A stretch of DNA of 64,000 nt from Bacteroidota bacterium (GCA_039111535.1 JBCCIM010000003.1:4974-68973), one strand, 5' to 3'. Positions 42,374 through 53,055 are shown, numbered from the stretch's first letter. Notes: generated by a model from the letters alone, not told the origin. Numbers and translations: made by a program.

Positions 42374-45300
42374 TTACCTAATAATGGCCAGTTTTTCAAT
42401 TTTCTCGGATACCTGTCGTTCGCCATCCTGGCGCTCAACCTCTACCCGAAGTTTGTATAGATATACCCCTGTTGCAAGGCGGTCTTCGTCTTCGTCTCTG
42501 CCATTCCACGGTAGCTGAATTACACCGCCGATCAGGGGTTCGTCCGTTTCGATAGAACGGATGAGCCGGCCGCTCAGCGTGTAGATCCGGATCTGGATTG
42601 AAGCACTGGTGCCAATTGGCTGATTGTGCTCAAACACAAATTTGGTATCTCCCGCAGTTGGGTTGGGATAGTTGTAAACGTTCTTCAACACCAGGTCTTC
42701 ATCCGCAGCCACAAAATAATCCAGTGTGGCGGATGAGGAGTTGTTGAGGACATCCCAGGCACGTAATGACAAAGAATTAGAACCTAGTTGTTGCTGCGAC
42801 AAATCCCACTCTACGACACCGTTCTGGAATGAGTTGGTCTCGCTTCTGAAGCCGCTGCTAATGTCGATGGCATTTTGTTCATCTTCATTAACAACAAGCA
42901 GCATTTCGTGACCAACACCAGCACCTACGGTGTTGATTCCGCTCTCGTCAAACAGCTTAACAATAAGTTTAGGTTCAGGAGACGTGAGTCCACCTGAAAC
43001 AAAGGTGGTATCGTTCAGGAATAGCGTTATCTGTGGTCCATCGTTGTCATTAGGAGGGTTGGCCGACGTGCCACCCACCAGGAAGTTTTCGTTATACCCC
43101 AGTGCATGGGAATTATCACCGAAGGCATATACTGAAAGTCGTCCCGCTTGATTGCTGTACGAAATATCTTTTGGCACAACGAACGTTGCATTAAACGCAC
43201 CACTGTTTGCCTGCACCTGTCCGCGCCATATTAAATCTTGTCTTACTGTGTAATATGGTGTAGCAAGATGCTGCTGGTTGTCAATCGGAACGCGTCTTTC
43301 AGCGTCAAATACTGTTAAATCTACTACGCCGTTAAAACTATCATCAATCGTGCCATTCAACGTTTGAACTTCACCTTTGATGTTAATTTTATCAAGCGCC
43401 CTTACCTGTGCCTGTTCTCCATCTACAGCAACATCATTAATTTCTGTCACCGCAACGTTACGACCGGGCAGCCCCAGGCGCATTGTTGGATCGCCAAGCA
43501 GGTTGAATTTTCTGTTGTTACCCTGCAGCCCTACACGGGTATTTTTGGTAAGCAACAGCACATCACCCAGCCGGCGCGGACGACCTTCATCATCCGCTTC
43601 AAACATGTCACGGGCCAATTGGCGGTTCAAGCCAACATTAAGGCTGTTAATGTCTGAAGATGTATAAACAAGCCGCACGGTTGTTAGCAGTGCAACGGCA
43701 CCACCATTCGGGTTCAGCAGCAATTCTTCAGCACCACTCTGGTAGTTGGCAAGGTCCCACCAACCAAAAGAACACGTTGCGGTCACAAATATGGCGAGCC
43801 GATCATAGTTGTCGAGCTCCTTTGCGTCTTCAGCGGTGAAAATGCCTTCCTGTGCAAGGCCTTCTTCTCCACCATGTCCGCTATAGTTAACCAGCAGTGT
43901 GCCCTCTTCGAGGCTGTTAATAATCTCTTCCCGCGCACCCGGAATTTTGAAGCCGTTTCGAAAAATGCGATCAAATGAAGAAGCGTATATCTTTTTCACG
44001 TTCACATCAGCAAACTGGCCTTTGACCAGTTCAGCAACAACATCCGCGTTTTGCAAATGAAGATCTTTATCGTCTGTTGTACCCGACAATCCGGTAGGAC
44101 CGTCATCAGATATAAACGTATAACGCGAGCGCCACGCGCCATACGTTACAGGATTTTCATAATGTTTGATCTTTTCGAGCAGTACCTGGGCTTCTTCCTC
44201 GTTCTGTACGGTGAGCCGGCCCACGCCAATATCCATGCGATCAACAGGCTCTGTCAGCGCGCCCCCAACAGAAGGAATGCCAAAGCCGCGGTACACCCAG
44301 GCGCCTTCCTCCTCATCCAATAATCCGAAGTAGTCGTCACTCGTGTAGGTACGATCTGGGGTAAACGAGTCAACCGTCGCGTACGGCGGAATCCAGTTTG
44401 AGAGGCCAATGGCATCGCCCCCCAGGTTTCTGAAGTTGAAATGTCCATCTCCGTAAAAGAGGGCATACTTGAGGCGCTGCGCATCTGTCGGGGCCTTGTC
44501 ATACACAAAGCGCAAATAGTCCCGTACTGCGCGCATATCAACAAGGCCACCGGAAAACTCGTTGTAGATTTCTTCAATCAACGTGACGCGTACATTCAGG
44601 CCGCCTGCAGTTCGCATGGCTGCGAGTTCATCCGCATAGGGTTTGAATATGGCCGGCGTCACGATCACGAAATCAGGAAGATCGGTGAGCCCATGCAAGT
44701 TCTGCGCAGCAACAGGCGTGATCTGGCTGCCGTCGAGGGTGACAGCTGACTGTTCAGCAAACGCAATCAGTTCACGTGGCGTGGTACCAACTTCAAGCTG
44801 AACGCGAAATGCATTGCCTGACCCGGAGACGCCAAGACGGGTAATTTCATCAGGATTTGTGACATCCCACACTTGCGGCGGAGCGCCAAATCCAGCCAGC
44901 ACAAACTCAAGCCGGCCTGATGCGCCTGCCGGCGTTGCAAACCGTACAATTCCATTTTGCGCAGCCAGCGTTTGCGGATAAAAGGCACGCATCCAATCCA
45001 GCGCAACTTCAGGGCTGTTTGGTTGCTGCTCCAGCGTCATAGAAAGATTGAGCCGGCCACCAGATGCCACGGTCTCAGTAAACGTTGTCTCTGCAAGGCG
45101 GGCAGAAGGTTCTTCCTGTCCAGCCCGTACCGTACCCGTACGTACCTGTCCCAATTGCGTTTCGCCGTTACTAAATCGTGCAAAGGCAGATGGGTTCGAC
45201 TTGATGGCCACGCGGCCCTGGTACAAAACATCGCCTCCGGTAAATCCAGCGGGTAGCGAGTCTGTCACAATATCCAGCCGGCCCGTAGGGTCAATCGGAC

Positions 45301-46420
45301 TGCTAACCCATGTGAGGCCACTTCCGTTTTGTTTGCTCCAGTTAAAATCGTCAAAATCAACAAACAGGCGGCCCGTGACTTCGGAAAAAACGGTCGCATC
45401 GGGGTAATCAGGAAACGCCGGCGCTTCAACCCGAACGCCCTCTTCAGCGCCTACTTTCAGGAAATAAAAGTTCTGAACAGAAAACGGGTTGACGTAGTGC
45501 TCCCAGGCTTCGTCTTCTGCATTGAAGGTCCAGCCAGTTGTTGCGGCACCATAAAACAGTACGACATCTGCATCATCAAACGAACCATCTCCTCCGCCTC
45601 GCGAAAATACCGGGTTCTGCAAGAGGTCGGCTGCGCGTTCATCGCCATTTAATTCCGGCACAGGTGCACCGCCGTTACCAAAAATCTGAATACGATCTGG
45701 ATCAATGGTATCTGGATTGAGGCCAGCCTCGCTGAGGAATGTGCGGTCGATGCGATAGATACCGTCGCGGGTAACGGGAAACTTGATTACACCGTCTTCA
45801 GCCAACACACTTTCTGTGACGGCAAGATGTGCGTTGAATACGATAGGGTCTCGGCGACCAGCAGTAAAACCAGTGTTGGTACCGTTATAGCCCGTTGCAA
45901 CATTGTTGCCCTGCGGGTGCGATACGCGCACAACAAGCCGGCGGTACCGTTTCAAGGTGCCGGCACCGCGGTCATACGTCAACAAACGGAAATTCAGAGA
46001 AGCTACAGGCGCTTTACGGAATGTGCCGGGGCTCGATACGTAGACGGGTGTGCCTTCGAGGGCCAGTGCAACAGAATCTGAGGCGACATTGAGCGGCAGT
46101 GCAATTTCGTCGTAGTCTGAAGCAAGGACGCTGACCTGCGGGATCGCACGCGTTGGTAACCGCAGCATCTCACTCACATCAAAGGTGCCGGCCACCGCGG
46201 CATAAGCGCTTCGGTTAGTCAGGGATACGCTTTGGGAAGAATCCATGGCAGCCTTGAGGGACTGCATCCAGGTCGCCTTAATTTCATAAGTCGTCTGGGT
46301 AGCCTGCTCATCGAGCACTACAATGGAGGTCTGCTGCCCGAATGCAATATTCGGTACCATACCTGGCAATACCAGGCCGGCAACCAGAAAAAGAAGAGCT
46401 ATATACTTCTTCAAGCGCAT
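42374..46420 (-). CDS. porU: Type IX secretion system sortase PorU (peptidase C25 family)
   Basis: 1348 aa with a signal peptide. C25 blocks are DFVIVTPAIFKPYADELAAMR, YALFYGDGHFNFRN, the VNYSGHGGEEG catalytic His region and the FVTATCSFGWWD catalytic Cys region. The CTD-like end reads YNYPNPTAGDTKFVFEH...GVYLYKLRV. Confidence 0.85.
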   Translation of the reverse strand: MRLKKYIALLFLVAGLVLPGMVPNIAFGQQTSIVVLDEQATQTTYEIKATWMQSLKAAMDSSQSVSLTNRSAYAAVAGTFDVSEMLRLPTRAIPQVSVLASDYDEIALPLNVASDSVALALEGTPVYVSSPGTFRKAPVASLNFRLLTYDRGAGTLKRYRRLVVRVSHPQGNNVATGYNGTNTGFTAGRRDPIVFNAHLAVTESVLAEDGVIKFPVTRDGIYRIDRTFLSEAGLNPDTIDPDRIQIFGNGGAPVPELNGDERAADLLQNPVFSRGGGDGSFDDADVVLFYGAATTGWTFNAEDEAWEHYVNPFSVQNFYFLKVGAEEGVRVEAPAFPDYPDATVFSEVTGRLFVDFDDFNWSKQNGSGLTWVSSPIDPTGRLDIVTDSLPAGFTGGDVLYQGRVAIKSNPSAFARFSNGETQLGQVRTGTVRAGQEEPSARLAETTFTETVASGGRLNLSMTLEQQPNSPEVALDWMRAFYPQTLAAQNGIVRFATPAGASGRLEFVLAGFGAPPQVWDVTNPDEITRLGVSGSGNAFRVQLEVGTTPRELIAFAEQSAVTLDGSQITPVAAQNLHGLTDLPDFVIVTPAIFKPYADELAAMRTAGGLNVRVTLIEEIYNEFSGGLVDMRAVRDYLRFVYDKAPTDAQRLKYALFYGDGHFNFRNLGGDAIGLSNWIPPYATVDSFTPDRTYTSDDYFGLLDEEEGAWVYRGFGIPSVGGALTEPVDRMDIGVGRLTVQNEEEAQVLLEKIKHYENPVTYGAWRSRYTFISDDGPTGLSGTTDDKDLHLQNADVVAELVKGQFADVNVKKIYASSFDRIFRNGFKIPGAREEIINSLEEGTLLVNYSGHGGEEGLAQEGIFTAEDAKELDNYDRLAIFVTATCSFGWWDLANYQSGAEELLLNPNGGAVALLTTVRLVYTSSDINSLNVGLNRQLARDMFEADDEGRPRRLGDVLLLTKNTRVGLQGNNRKFNLLGDPTMRLGLPGRNVAVTEINDVAVDGEQAQVRALDKINIKGEVQTLNGTIDDSFNGVVDLTVFDAERRVPIDNQQHLATPYYTVRQDLIWRGQVQANSGAFNATFVVPKDISYSNQAGRLSVYAFGDNSHALGYNENFLVGGTSANPPNDNDGPQITLFLNDTTFVSGGLTSPEPKLIVKLFDESGINTVGAGVGHEMLLVVNEDEQNAIDISSGFRSETNSFQNGVVEWDLSQQQLGSNSLSLRAWDVLNNSSSATLDYFVAADEDLVLKNVYNYPNPTAGDTKFVFEHNQPIGTSASIQIRIYTLSGRLIRSIETDEPLIGGVIQLPWNGRDEDEDRLATGVYLYKLRVEVERQDGERQVSEKIEKLAIIR

Positions 46421-46850
46421 GATTGAGTCAGAATATCAGACTGACAATGGAGTTCTTTCCTTATACACATAAAACGTGCAGTCAGGAAAATCGTACAGTA
46501 GCGAAACGTACTGTGTACTCCTTGCTGTTACGGTTAGATGATGGATATCTCAAAAATGAGACTAAATTTGTTCGTAACAGTCTTGATCGATAGGCAGGTT
46601 GCTTGAAGAATTTTAATTAAGCGTACGTAAGCGACAGTTCGCTAGCCATGGTAATACTGATTCAACAAATCAGCAAATTTCCGGCCGTATTACGTGATAG
46701 GAGATAAAAACATCTTTCGCTCCTTGCAAGTTCCGTTAATTGCACGAAAGAATGGAATGTTACCATATGATCATATGGCTTGCCCCAATGCCGTACGTGT
46801 AAAGCAGCCGCCCGGCCATTTTTGCAGGCCGGCTCACCACAGGTATCGGT

Positions 46851-47555
46851 TCAAAGCTCTCCTTTTTCAAGATTACCCGCTCTGATTTTTTCTTTCAGGG
46901 CTGCAATGGCTTTCAGGTCTTCTTCAAACCTGGCACTCACCGTAGCAATATCAGCGATGGGCTTCATCAAATCCGCCGAGATTTGCATCGAATCTGTTAA
47001 CATTTGGAGCAACTGAATATTGCCCGACAGAATGGTAAGTGGATTGCTGATGCTGTGGTAAAACACAGAAAGCTCGTTGCCAATTTGGGCAAGCCAACGC
47101 TCCTGTTGCTCGTTTTGCAAAGCCAGTTGCAGGCGCTGGGTATCGCTGCTCGGGAAGAGCCGGCTCCGCACCTCGTCAGCCACCCTTTCACCCGTTTGCT
47201 CATCGATGGCTACAGGTATCATATTTTCAGTGAGCTCCGCAGGTCCAACAAGGGCCCCAGCCAACATGACCGACGCAAATGCAGGTAGCTCATAACGCTG
47301 CGAAAGTTGCTCCAGCGGCCAGTCGGTTACAAGAAATACGTGCGCAGCCTGCACTAGCCGGGCTGGTTCGATATCTACTGACTCAGCACGCTCCGACAGG
47401 GAGACACAGGGAATACCAGCAACATGATCACTCAGTTGGGTAACAACCATTTGCGCCAACGCATCATCATTAAATAAAAGGCCAATACATGGGGCATCGG
47501 AGTTAGTACCTGACGGCACAACACCACCGGTGCGCACAAGCGAGACATTGTGCAT
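46851..47555 (-). CDS. Receiver-like domain + HisKA/DHp-like helix protein lacking an ATPase domain
   Basis: 234 aa. The N-terminal ~120 aa show a receiver-like pattern (IGLLFNDD ... HVFLVTDWPL). The C-terminal region LAQIGNELSVFYHSISNPLTILSGNIQLL resembles an H-box. No HATPase_c follows. Confidence 0.5.
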   Translation of the reverse strand: MHNVSLVRTGGVVPSGTNSDAPCIGLLFNDDALAQMVVTQLSDHVAGIPCVSLSERAESVDIEPARLVQAAHVFLVTDWPLEQLSQRYELPAFASVMLAGALVGPAELTENMIPVAIDEQTGERVADEVRSRLFPSSDTQRLQLALQNEQQERWLAQIGNELSVFYHSISNPLTILSGNIQLLQMLTDSMQISADLMKPIADIATVSARFEEDLKAIAALKEKIRAGNLEKGEL

Positions 47556-47785
47556 ATCGATCAGAATCTATAGAAGTGCAAAAAGGAATACGAGACAGAG
47601 ATGCAATGGGCTGACACGGTATACAGCGAAAGAGTAGCAAAGCTTTTAACTAACGCACTTCAATAGTGCAGTAATACTGTAACACGATGCCAACAGATCA
47701 GCTATGCCAGCCCAGCAGAATCAAGATAGAAAGGTATAAAAAGAGAGGTACACACAGGGGATGTCTCGAAAACCCGAGAGGTAGC

Positions 47786-48640
47786 TTACAGTTCCGCTAG
47801 CGTTCGCGTATCTACCACCTGGACGCCCCTGTCGGTTTGTTTGAGGCTCGCTACAGCTACTTCAGGATCATGCTCAAAAAACAGGTGCCAATTCTTTGCT
47901 ACAGCTTCAGCCAGGAATGCTTCTTTCTCTTCGATGGTGACCATCGGCTGTAGATCATAAGCCATATTCCAGGCAGATGGAATGTGGGCATGCGTAGGCA
48001 ACAAATCTGCCGTATACACCAGCGTTGTGGAGCCATCTGCAATTTTCACCAATTGCATCGCTTCCGTGTGCCCATGGGCGACAAACACTTCGATGCCGGG
48101 CGCCAGCTGGGTTTTGCCATCAAGAAAATTTAATACGCCGGCATCTTCGAGTGGCTGCAGATTTTCTTTCAGAAATGAATTGCGTTCACGCACGTTCGGA
48201 TGCTGGGCCCAATCCCAATGTTCGCGCTGTACGTGGTGTCGTGCATTTTTGAAAACAACTTCCAACTTGTCGCCTACCCTGCGGGTGCTGCCACCACAGT
48301 GGTCAAAATGCAAATGGGTTATGATGAGGTCTGTTACATCATCCGCGGTATAGCCGAGGGTATTCAGCGAGCGTTCCAGCGAAGCGTATTCCTGGTCTAC
48401 AGCAAAAATACTGGCAAACTTTTCGTCGTATTTATCACCTAATCCGTTATCGACCAACATGAGCCGGTCTTCTCCTTCGAGGAGCAAACACCGCATGTTG
48501 AGGGGAATACGGTTTTTTGCGTCCGCAGGTATTTTGCGTTCCCAAAGGGGTTTGGGCACAATGCCAAACATGGCGCCACCATCGAGTCCAAAACGCCCTG
48601 TTTCGACCGTGTGCAGCGTATAGTTTCCAATTTTAGGCAT
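47786..48640 (-). CDS. MBL-fold metallo-hydrolase
   Basis: The LIITHLHFDHCGG zinc motif and downstream AHGHT and D/H ligand positions are present. Confidence 0.8.
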   Translation of the reverse strand: MPKIGNYTLHTVETGRFGLDGGAMFGIVPKPLWERKIPADAKNRIPLNMRCLLLEGEDRLMLVDNGLGDKYDEKFASIFAVDQEYASLERSLNTLGYTADDVTDLIITHLHFDHCGGSTRRVGDKLEVVFKNARHHVQREHWDWAQHPNVRERNSFLKENLQPLEDAGVLNFLDGKTQLAPGIEVFVAHGHTEAMQLVKIADGSTTLVYTADLLPTHAHIPSAWNMAYDLQPMVTIEEKEAFLAEAVAKNWHLFFEHDPEVAVASLKQTDRGVQVVDTRTLAEL

Positions 48641-48658
48641 GTCCTGCGTGGGATAGAA

Positions 48659-49309
48659 TTAATCTACAGAAGGTAAGTCTTCAGAGGGAAAATCTTTAAA
48701 GTGGCCGTTACTTTGCACTTTCTTGCGCACGTCTTCAAACTCCTCTACCCGTGGGATCAGCATTTCCAGGTGGCCAGCCAGGTAACTGATGCGTTCGTTT
48801 TCTGAATTCAGCTCCAGGATTTCCTGTTTCTGATTGGGTTTCAGGCCGGCGTTGTGCGCGATAAAGAACGAAACGCCCGTCAGGTTCTGATACGTCGTAG
48901 GGCGCACTTTACGGCCAGCCAGTTCCAGCAAGCGCATGTGCTGGGTGATCACGCGCTCTCGCATGTCGTTTTTCACTGGCTCATCGGGCTCGCGCAAAAA
49001 GTCGATAGATGCCGTCATGTAGACCTTGTTTTCAAACACTTCTTCAACACGAAACCGTTGCATGCCGTGTACAATGATATCGAGCCGGCCATCATCATAT
49101 TTTGTCACCACCTGCTCGATGTGCGCTGTACATCCGATGTTTGCCATTTTGCCTTCGTTGACCAGCAAAATACCAAAAGGTGCTTCATCTTCAAGGCAGT
49201 AAGCCACCATCTCCCGGTATCGCTCCTCGAAAATATGCAACGGCAGTTGCTCGCTGGGGTATAGCACCAGTTCCAGCGGAAAAATGGGTATTATCGTGGC
49301 TTCAGACAT
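48659..49309 (-). CDS. LON N-terminal (substrate-binding) domain protein
   Basis: IIPIFPLELVLYPSEQLPLHIFEERYREMV is the canonical LON-domain start. The protein is 216 aa with no AAA or protease domain. Confidence 0.8.
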   Translation of the reverse strand: MSEATIIPIFPLELVLYPSEQLPLHIFEERYREMVAYCLEDEAPFGILLVNEGKMANIGCTAHIEQVVTKYDDGRLDIIVHGMQRFRVEEVFENKVYMTASIDFLREPDEPVKNDMRERVITQHMRLLELAGRKVRPTTYQNLTGVSFFIAHNAGLKPNQKQEILELNSENERISYLAGHLEMLIPRVEEFEDVRKKVQSNGHFKDFPSEDLPSVD

Positions 49310-49339
49310 TCATTTTTAAAAATTACGCGGTACGCAGCA

Positions 49340-51118
49340 TCACATCCAGCGGAGCCGGCGCAAAAGCAAACCGCCAGCCAACGCGATCAAGAACATCACG
49401 ATGGCTACACCTGTTTTCAACAGCAAGGCACCACCTACGCCAAACATAACGCCAAACAGCAACATGGTAGCCCCCAGCACACGCAACAGGTCTTTACCCA
49501 GCGCCTGCTCTATTTCAACCTGTGCCCGTTTACTTATATGTTGCCAGCCGGGTCCGGCAGGCCGCACCTTTTCATAAAACTTCAGCAATACCGCATCCTC
49601 TTCCGGGCGGGTGGCATACATAACGGTTACCCAGATGACCGTTGTAATGCCCACAATGACAAACAAACGCAAGCCAAAATCGGCGATGGTAAACTCGGGC
49701 ACCAGCGTAGTAAACAGGCCGATGCTAAAGCCGGCCAACATAGCGGAGAGCTCTGCCCATGCATTGATCCGCCACCAGAACCACCGCAGAATCAGCACTA
49801 CCCCCGGGCCTGTCCCGATAGCAATCACAAGCCGGAATACCTGGCCCACGCTTTCAGCATAAAGCGCAGCCAATGCCCCAAATGCGGTAATGACCACCGA
49901 AGCAAGACGCCCCACGCGTATTAACTCTGCCTGGGTGGCCTCCGGATTGATAAACCGGTTGTACAGGTCATTTACGATGTAAGACGCGCCCCAGTTGATG
50001 TTTGTAGATACCGTACTCATAAACGCCGCAAACAACGACGCTACCACCAATCCAAGGAGGCCAACCGGCAAGAAGTCCAGCATCAACATTGGATATCCCA
50101 GCTCTTTGTCTTCCAGATCAGGGTAGAGCACAAGCGCGGCCAGCGCAACCAGGATCCATGGCCACGTACGCACCACATAATGCATCACGTTGAAGAGCCA
50201 TGCTGCTTTAACAGCTTCATCTTCATCTTTTGCAGCAGCGAGGCGCTGGATAAACTCCCCCCCACCGTCGGATCGGCGAAAGGTCCACCATTGCAGGAAT
50301 ACATACGCACCAAACGTCGAGGCAGAGATGCCGGCAAACGTACTCCACCCAATCCCCAACAACGTATCTGCATCAAAGGTCAGCGGCACAAAAGCCAGCA
50401 CATCAAACGCAGTATTTTCCTGTGCACCAGCGATCAGATTGGTTAATCCGCCTATTTCAGGGCTGGAGACGGCAAAATAGGCGACCAGAATAGCACCAAA
50501 GAGGGCGAGAAAGAACTGAAAGAAATCGGTTATCACTACGCCCCACAACCCCGAAAAACTGGTATACAACAACACCAGCGCTGAAACCCCTATAACCGAC
50601 AACAGCTTGGGGTCCATCCCCAACACGGTATCCCCTTCCAGGATACCCAACCCGTCCCATATCCCTAGGGTGCCCACAACTTTCACCGTAGCCAGCATGA
50701 TGTAGCCAATTGCTATACAATTGATGGGTACGGCAAATAGAAACGCCTTGAATGCACGCAATATAGATGCGGGGCGTCCGCCATAGCGAAGTTCGATCAA
50801 CTCAGCGTCTGTGACAATTTCACTGCGGCGCCAGAGCCGGGCAAAAATGTAAATCAGCACGACATGTCCAACACCAAACGCCCACCACTCCCAGTTGCCA
50901 GCAATGCCTCGGCTTCCCACTACACCCGCGATATAGAGCGGTGTATCTACCGAAAAAGTGGTTGCAGCCATCGACGTGCCGGCCAACCACCAGGGCAAGG
51001 AGCGGCCCGATACAAAGAAATCTTCAACAGAGCGGGATGCGCGACGGGAAAGGTAAACACCAATGACAACTGTGATCAGGAGATAACACAGAACAACAAG
51101 CCAGTCAACAAGAGCCAT
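49340..51118 (-). CDS. Sodium:solute symporter family transporter
   Basis: 592 aa and polytopic. The N-terminus DFFVSGRSLPWWLAGTSMAATTFSVDTPL is typical of the SSS family. Confidence 0.85.
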   Translation of the reverse strand: MALVDWLVVLCYLLITVVIGVYLSRRASRSVEDFFVSGRSLPWWLAGTSMAATTFSVDTPLYIAGVVGSRGIAGNWEWWAFGVGHVVLIYIFARLWRRSEIVTDAELIELRYGGRPASILRAFKAFLFAVPINCIAIGYIMLATVKVVGTLGIWDGLGILEGDTVLGMDPKLLSVIGVSALVLLYTSFSGLWGVVITDFFQFFLALFGAILVAYFAVSSPEIGGLTNLIAGAQENTAFDVLAFVPLTFDADTLLGIGWSTFAGISASTFGAYVFLQWWTFRRSDGGGEFIQRLAAAKDEDEAVKAAWLFNVMHYVVRTWPWILVALAALVLYPDLEDKELGYPMLMLDFLPVGLLGLVVASLFAAFMSTVSTNINWGASYIVNDLYNRFINPEATQAELIRVGRLASVVITAFGALAALYAESVGQVFRLVIAIGTGPGVVLILRWFWWRINAWAELSAMLAGFSIGLFTTLVPEFTIADFGLRLFVIVGITTVIWVTVMYATRPEEDAVLLKFYEKVRPAGPGWQHISKRAQVEIEQALGKDLLRVLGATMLLFGVMFGVGGALLLKTGVAIVMFLIALAGGLLLRRLRWM

Positions 51119-51202
51119 GGGTACCGGGGATTGGATGCTGCGCCGGCCGCACCAGCAGATTACCTCTGCCAGGGCGGCCTGGGCAGTTGAATTACAATAC
51201 GG

Positions 51203-52195
51203 CTACTTTATGGCCGCACTCATTTCGAGCATGCGTTCGATAGGCAACAAAGCGCGCTTGCGCAACGCTTCTTCCATTTTGATTTCTGGCTGCTCGTGTT
51301 TGAGACAAAGATACAGTTTTTCAAGGGTATTCAAGCGCATATGCGGACATTCGTTGCAACTGCATCCGTTGTCTGGTGGGGCTGCAATAAACGTCTTGTC
51401 TGGATTTTGCTTCTGCATCTGGTGCAAAATGCCCACTTCGGTTGCAACGATGAATGTATCCAGTTCACTTTCTGAAGCGTGACGGAGGATATTAGACGTT
51501 GAGCCAATAAAGTCAGCATGCCGCAAGACGGCCTCTTCACACTCAGGATGCGCCAGCACTTCTGCTTTCGGGTGCTGTACCTTGAGTTGGACGAGTTTCT
51601 GTTCACTGAACACTTCATGCACAATACACACCCCATCCCAAATCACCATGTCTCTACCGGTTTCTTTGGCAAGGTAGCGGCCCAGATTTCTATCCGGCGC
51701 AAAAATGATGGGTTGGTCTTCAGGAATCTGGCGGATGATGTGCTCAGCATTGGACGAGGTGACAATGATGTCACTCAACGCCTTAACAGCCGCAGAGCAG
51801 TTGATGTAGGAGATTACCGTATGCCCGGGATGCGCCTTAATGAAGGCCTCAAAAGCATCAGGCGGACACGAATCAGCCAGTGAGCAGCCGGCATTCAGGT
51901 CTGGCAAAATTACTTTTTTGGATGGATTTACGATAATCGCCGTCTCCGCCATGAAGTGTACGCCGGCAAAAACGATGATATCAGCATCCGTGTTGGCAGC
52001 CTGCCGGGCGAGCCCGAGGGAATCACCGATATAATCAGCAATATCCTGGATTTCGGCCTCCTGGTAGTAATGCGCAAGAATGATTGCGTTTTTCTCGCGT
52101 TTTAACCGCTCAATTTCTTCGTAGACATCCAGGGTTGGAGCTATGTCTTCTGTAACGTAACCGGCGGTCAGGTCCAGTAGCATGGTATCGTTCAT
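51203..52195 (-). CDS. nadA: Quinolinate synthase NadA
   Basis: [45 protein letters not shown] and CPHM Fe-S cluster motifs are present. Confidence 0.9.
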   Translation of the reverse strand: MNDTMLLDLTAGYVTEDIAPTLDVYEEIERLKREKNAIILAHYYQEAEIQDIADYIGDSLGLARQAANTDADIIVFAGVHFMAETAIIVNPSKKVILPDLNAGCSLADSCPPDAFEAFIKAHPGHTVISYINCSAAVKALSDIIVTSSNAEHIIRQIPEDQPIIFAPDRNLGRYLAKETGRDMVIWDGVCIVHEVFSEQKLVQLKVQHPKAEVLAHPECEEAVLRHADFIGSTSNILRHASESELDTFIVATEVGILHQMQKQNPDKTFIAAPPDNGCSCNECPHMRLNTLEKLYLCLKHEQPEIKMEEALRKRALLPIERMLEMSAAIK

Positions 52196-52310
52196 GTGGT
52201 ACCCCCCATGTTTAAAAGCGCAGGATTAACATCGCGCAATTGTTGCAATAAACAGGTCGGACAGTTTTCTGGTTAGATCTTCTGGGTCTGTTTAGATGTT
52301 CTGGATCGGG

Positions 52311-52994
52311 TCAGGCATATTCTTTCAGCAAGCCCTGCTCGATCGTCAGTACGCGGTCAGCCATTTTTGCAAACGCAGGGTTGTGCGTTACAATGACAAA
52401 CGATTGTTGGAACGTTCGGCTAAGGCGGATCAATTCGTGGTGCAGGGACTCGGCAGTTTTAACATCCAGGTTACCCGTAGGCTCATCTGCCAATACAAGT
52501 CCCGGCTCGTTCATCAACGCACGCGCAACGGCAACGCGTTGCTTTTCTCCACCAGACATTTGTCCTGGACGGTGAGAGACGCGTTCTTTTAAGCCTAGGA
52601 GTTCGAGTAAATTTGCCGCGCGGTCTTGAACTTCGTCGAGGGGTTTATTCTGGATAAGGGCCGGCATCGCGACATTTTCAAGCGCAGTAAACTCGGGCAG
52701 CAGGTGGTGAAACTGGAAAACAAAACCAATGGACCGGTTGCGAAAGCGGGCAAGCGCCTCGTCATCTTTCTGGTAAATGTCTTCGCCGCCAAAGTAGACG
52801 GTGCCAGAAGACGGTCGGTCGAGTGCGCCCAGCAAATGCAGCAAGGTGCTTTTGCCGGCACCGCTCTCTCCTACTACGGCAACAACCTGCCCTTTTTCTA
52901 CACTGAACGACATGCCGCGTAACACTTCAAGCGTCCCGCCATCTCCCGTTTTATAAGCTTTGCGCAGGTCTTCCACTGCGAGCAATTGCGACAT
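52311..52994 (-). CDS. ABC transporter ATP-binding protein, LolD/MacB type
   Basis: Walker [35 protein letters not shown], the signature [15 protein letters not shown] and Walker [13 protein letters not shown] are present. Confidence 0.8.
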   Translation of the reverse strand: MSQLLAVEDLRKAYKTGDGGTLEVLRGMSFSVEKGQVVAVVGESGAGKSTLLHLLGALDRPSSGTVYFGGEDIYQKDDEALARFRNRSIGFVFQFHHLLPEFTALENVAMPALIQNKPLDEVQDRAANLLELLGLKERVSHRPGQMSGGEKQRVAVARALMNEPGLVLADEPTGNLDVKTAESLHHELIRLSRTFQQSFVIVTHNPAFAKMADRVLTIEQGLLKEYA

Positions 52995-53055
52995 ACGTTA
53001 TTGTTCTCTATTAAGTCTGTACGGTGTTAAGTCCGTACGGTTTAAGCCCGTATGG

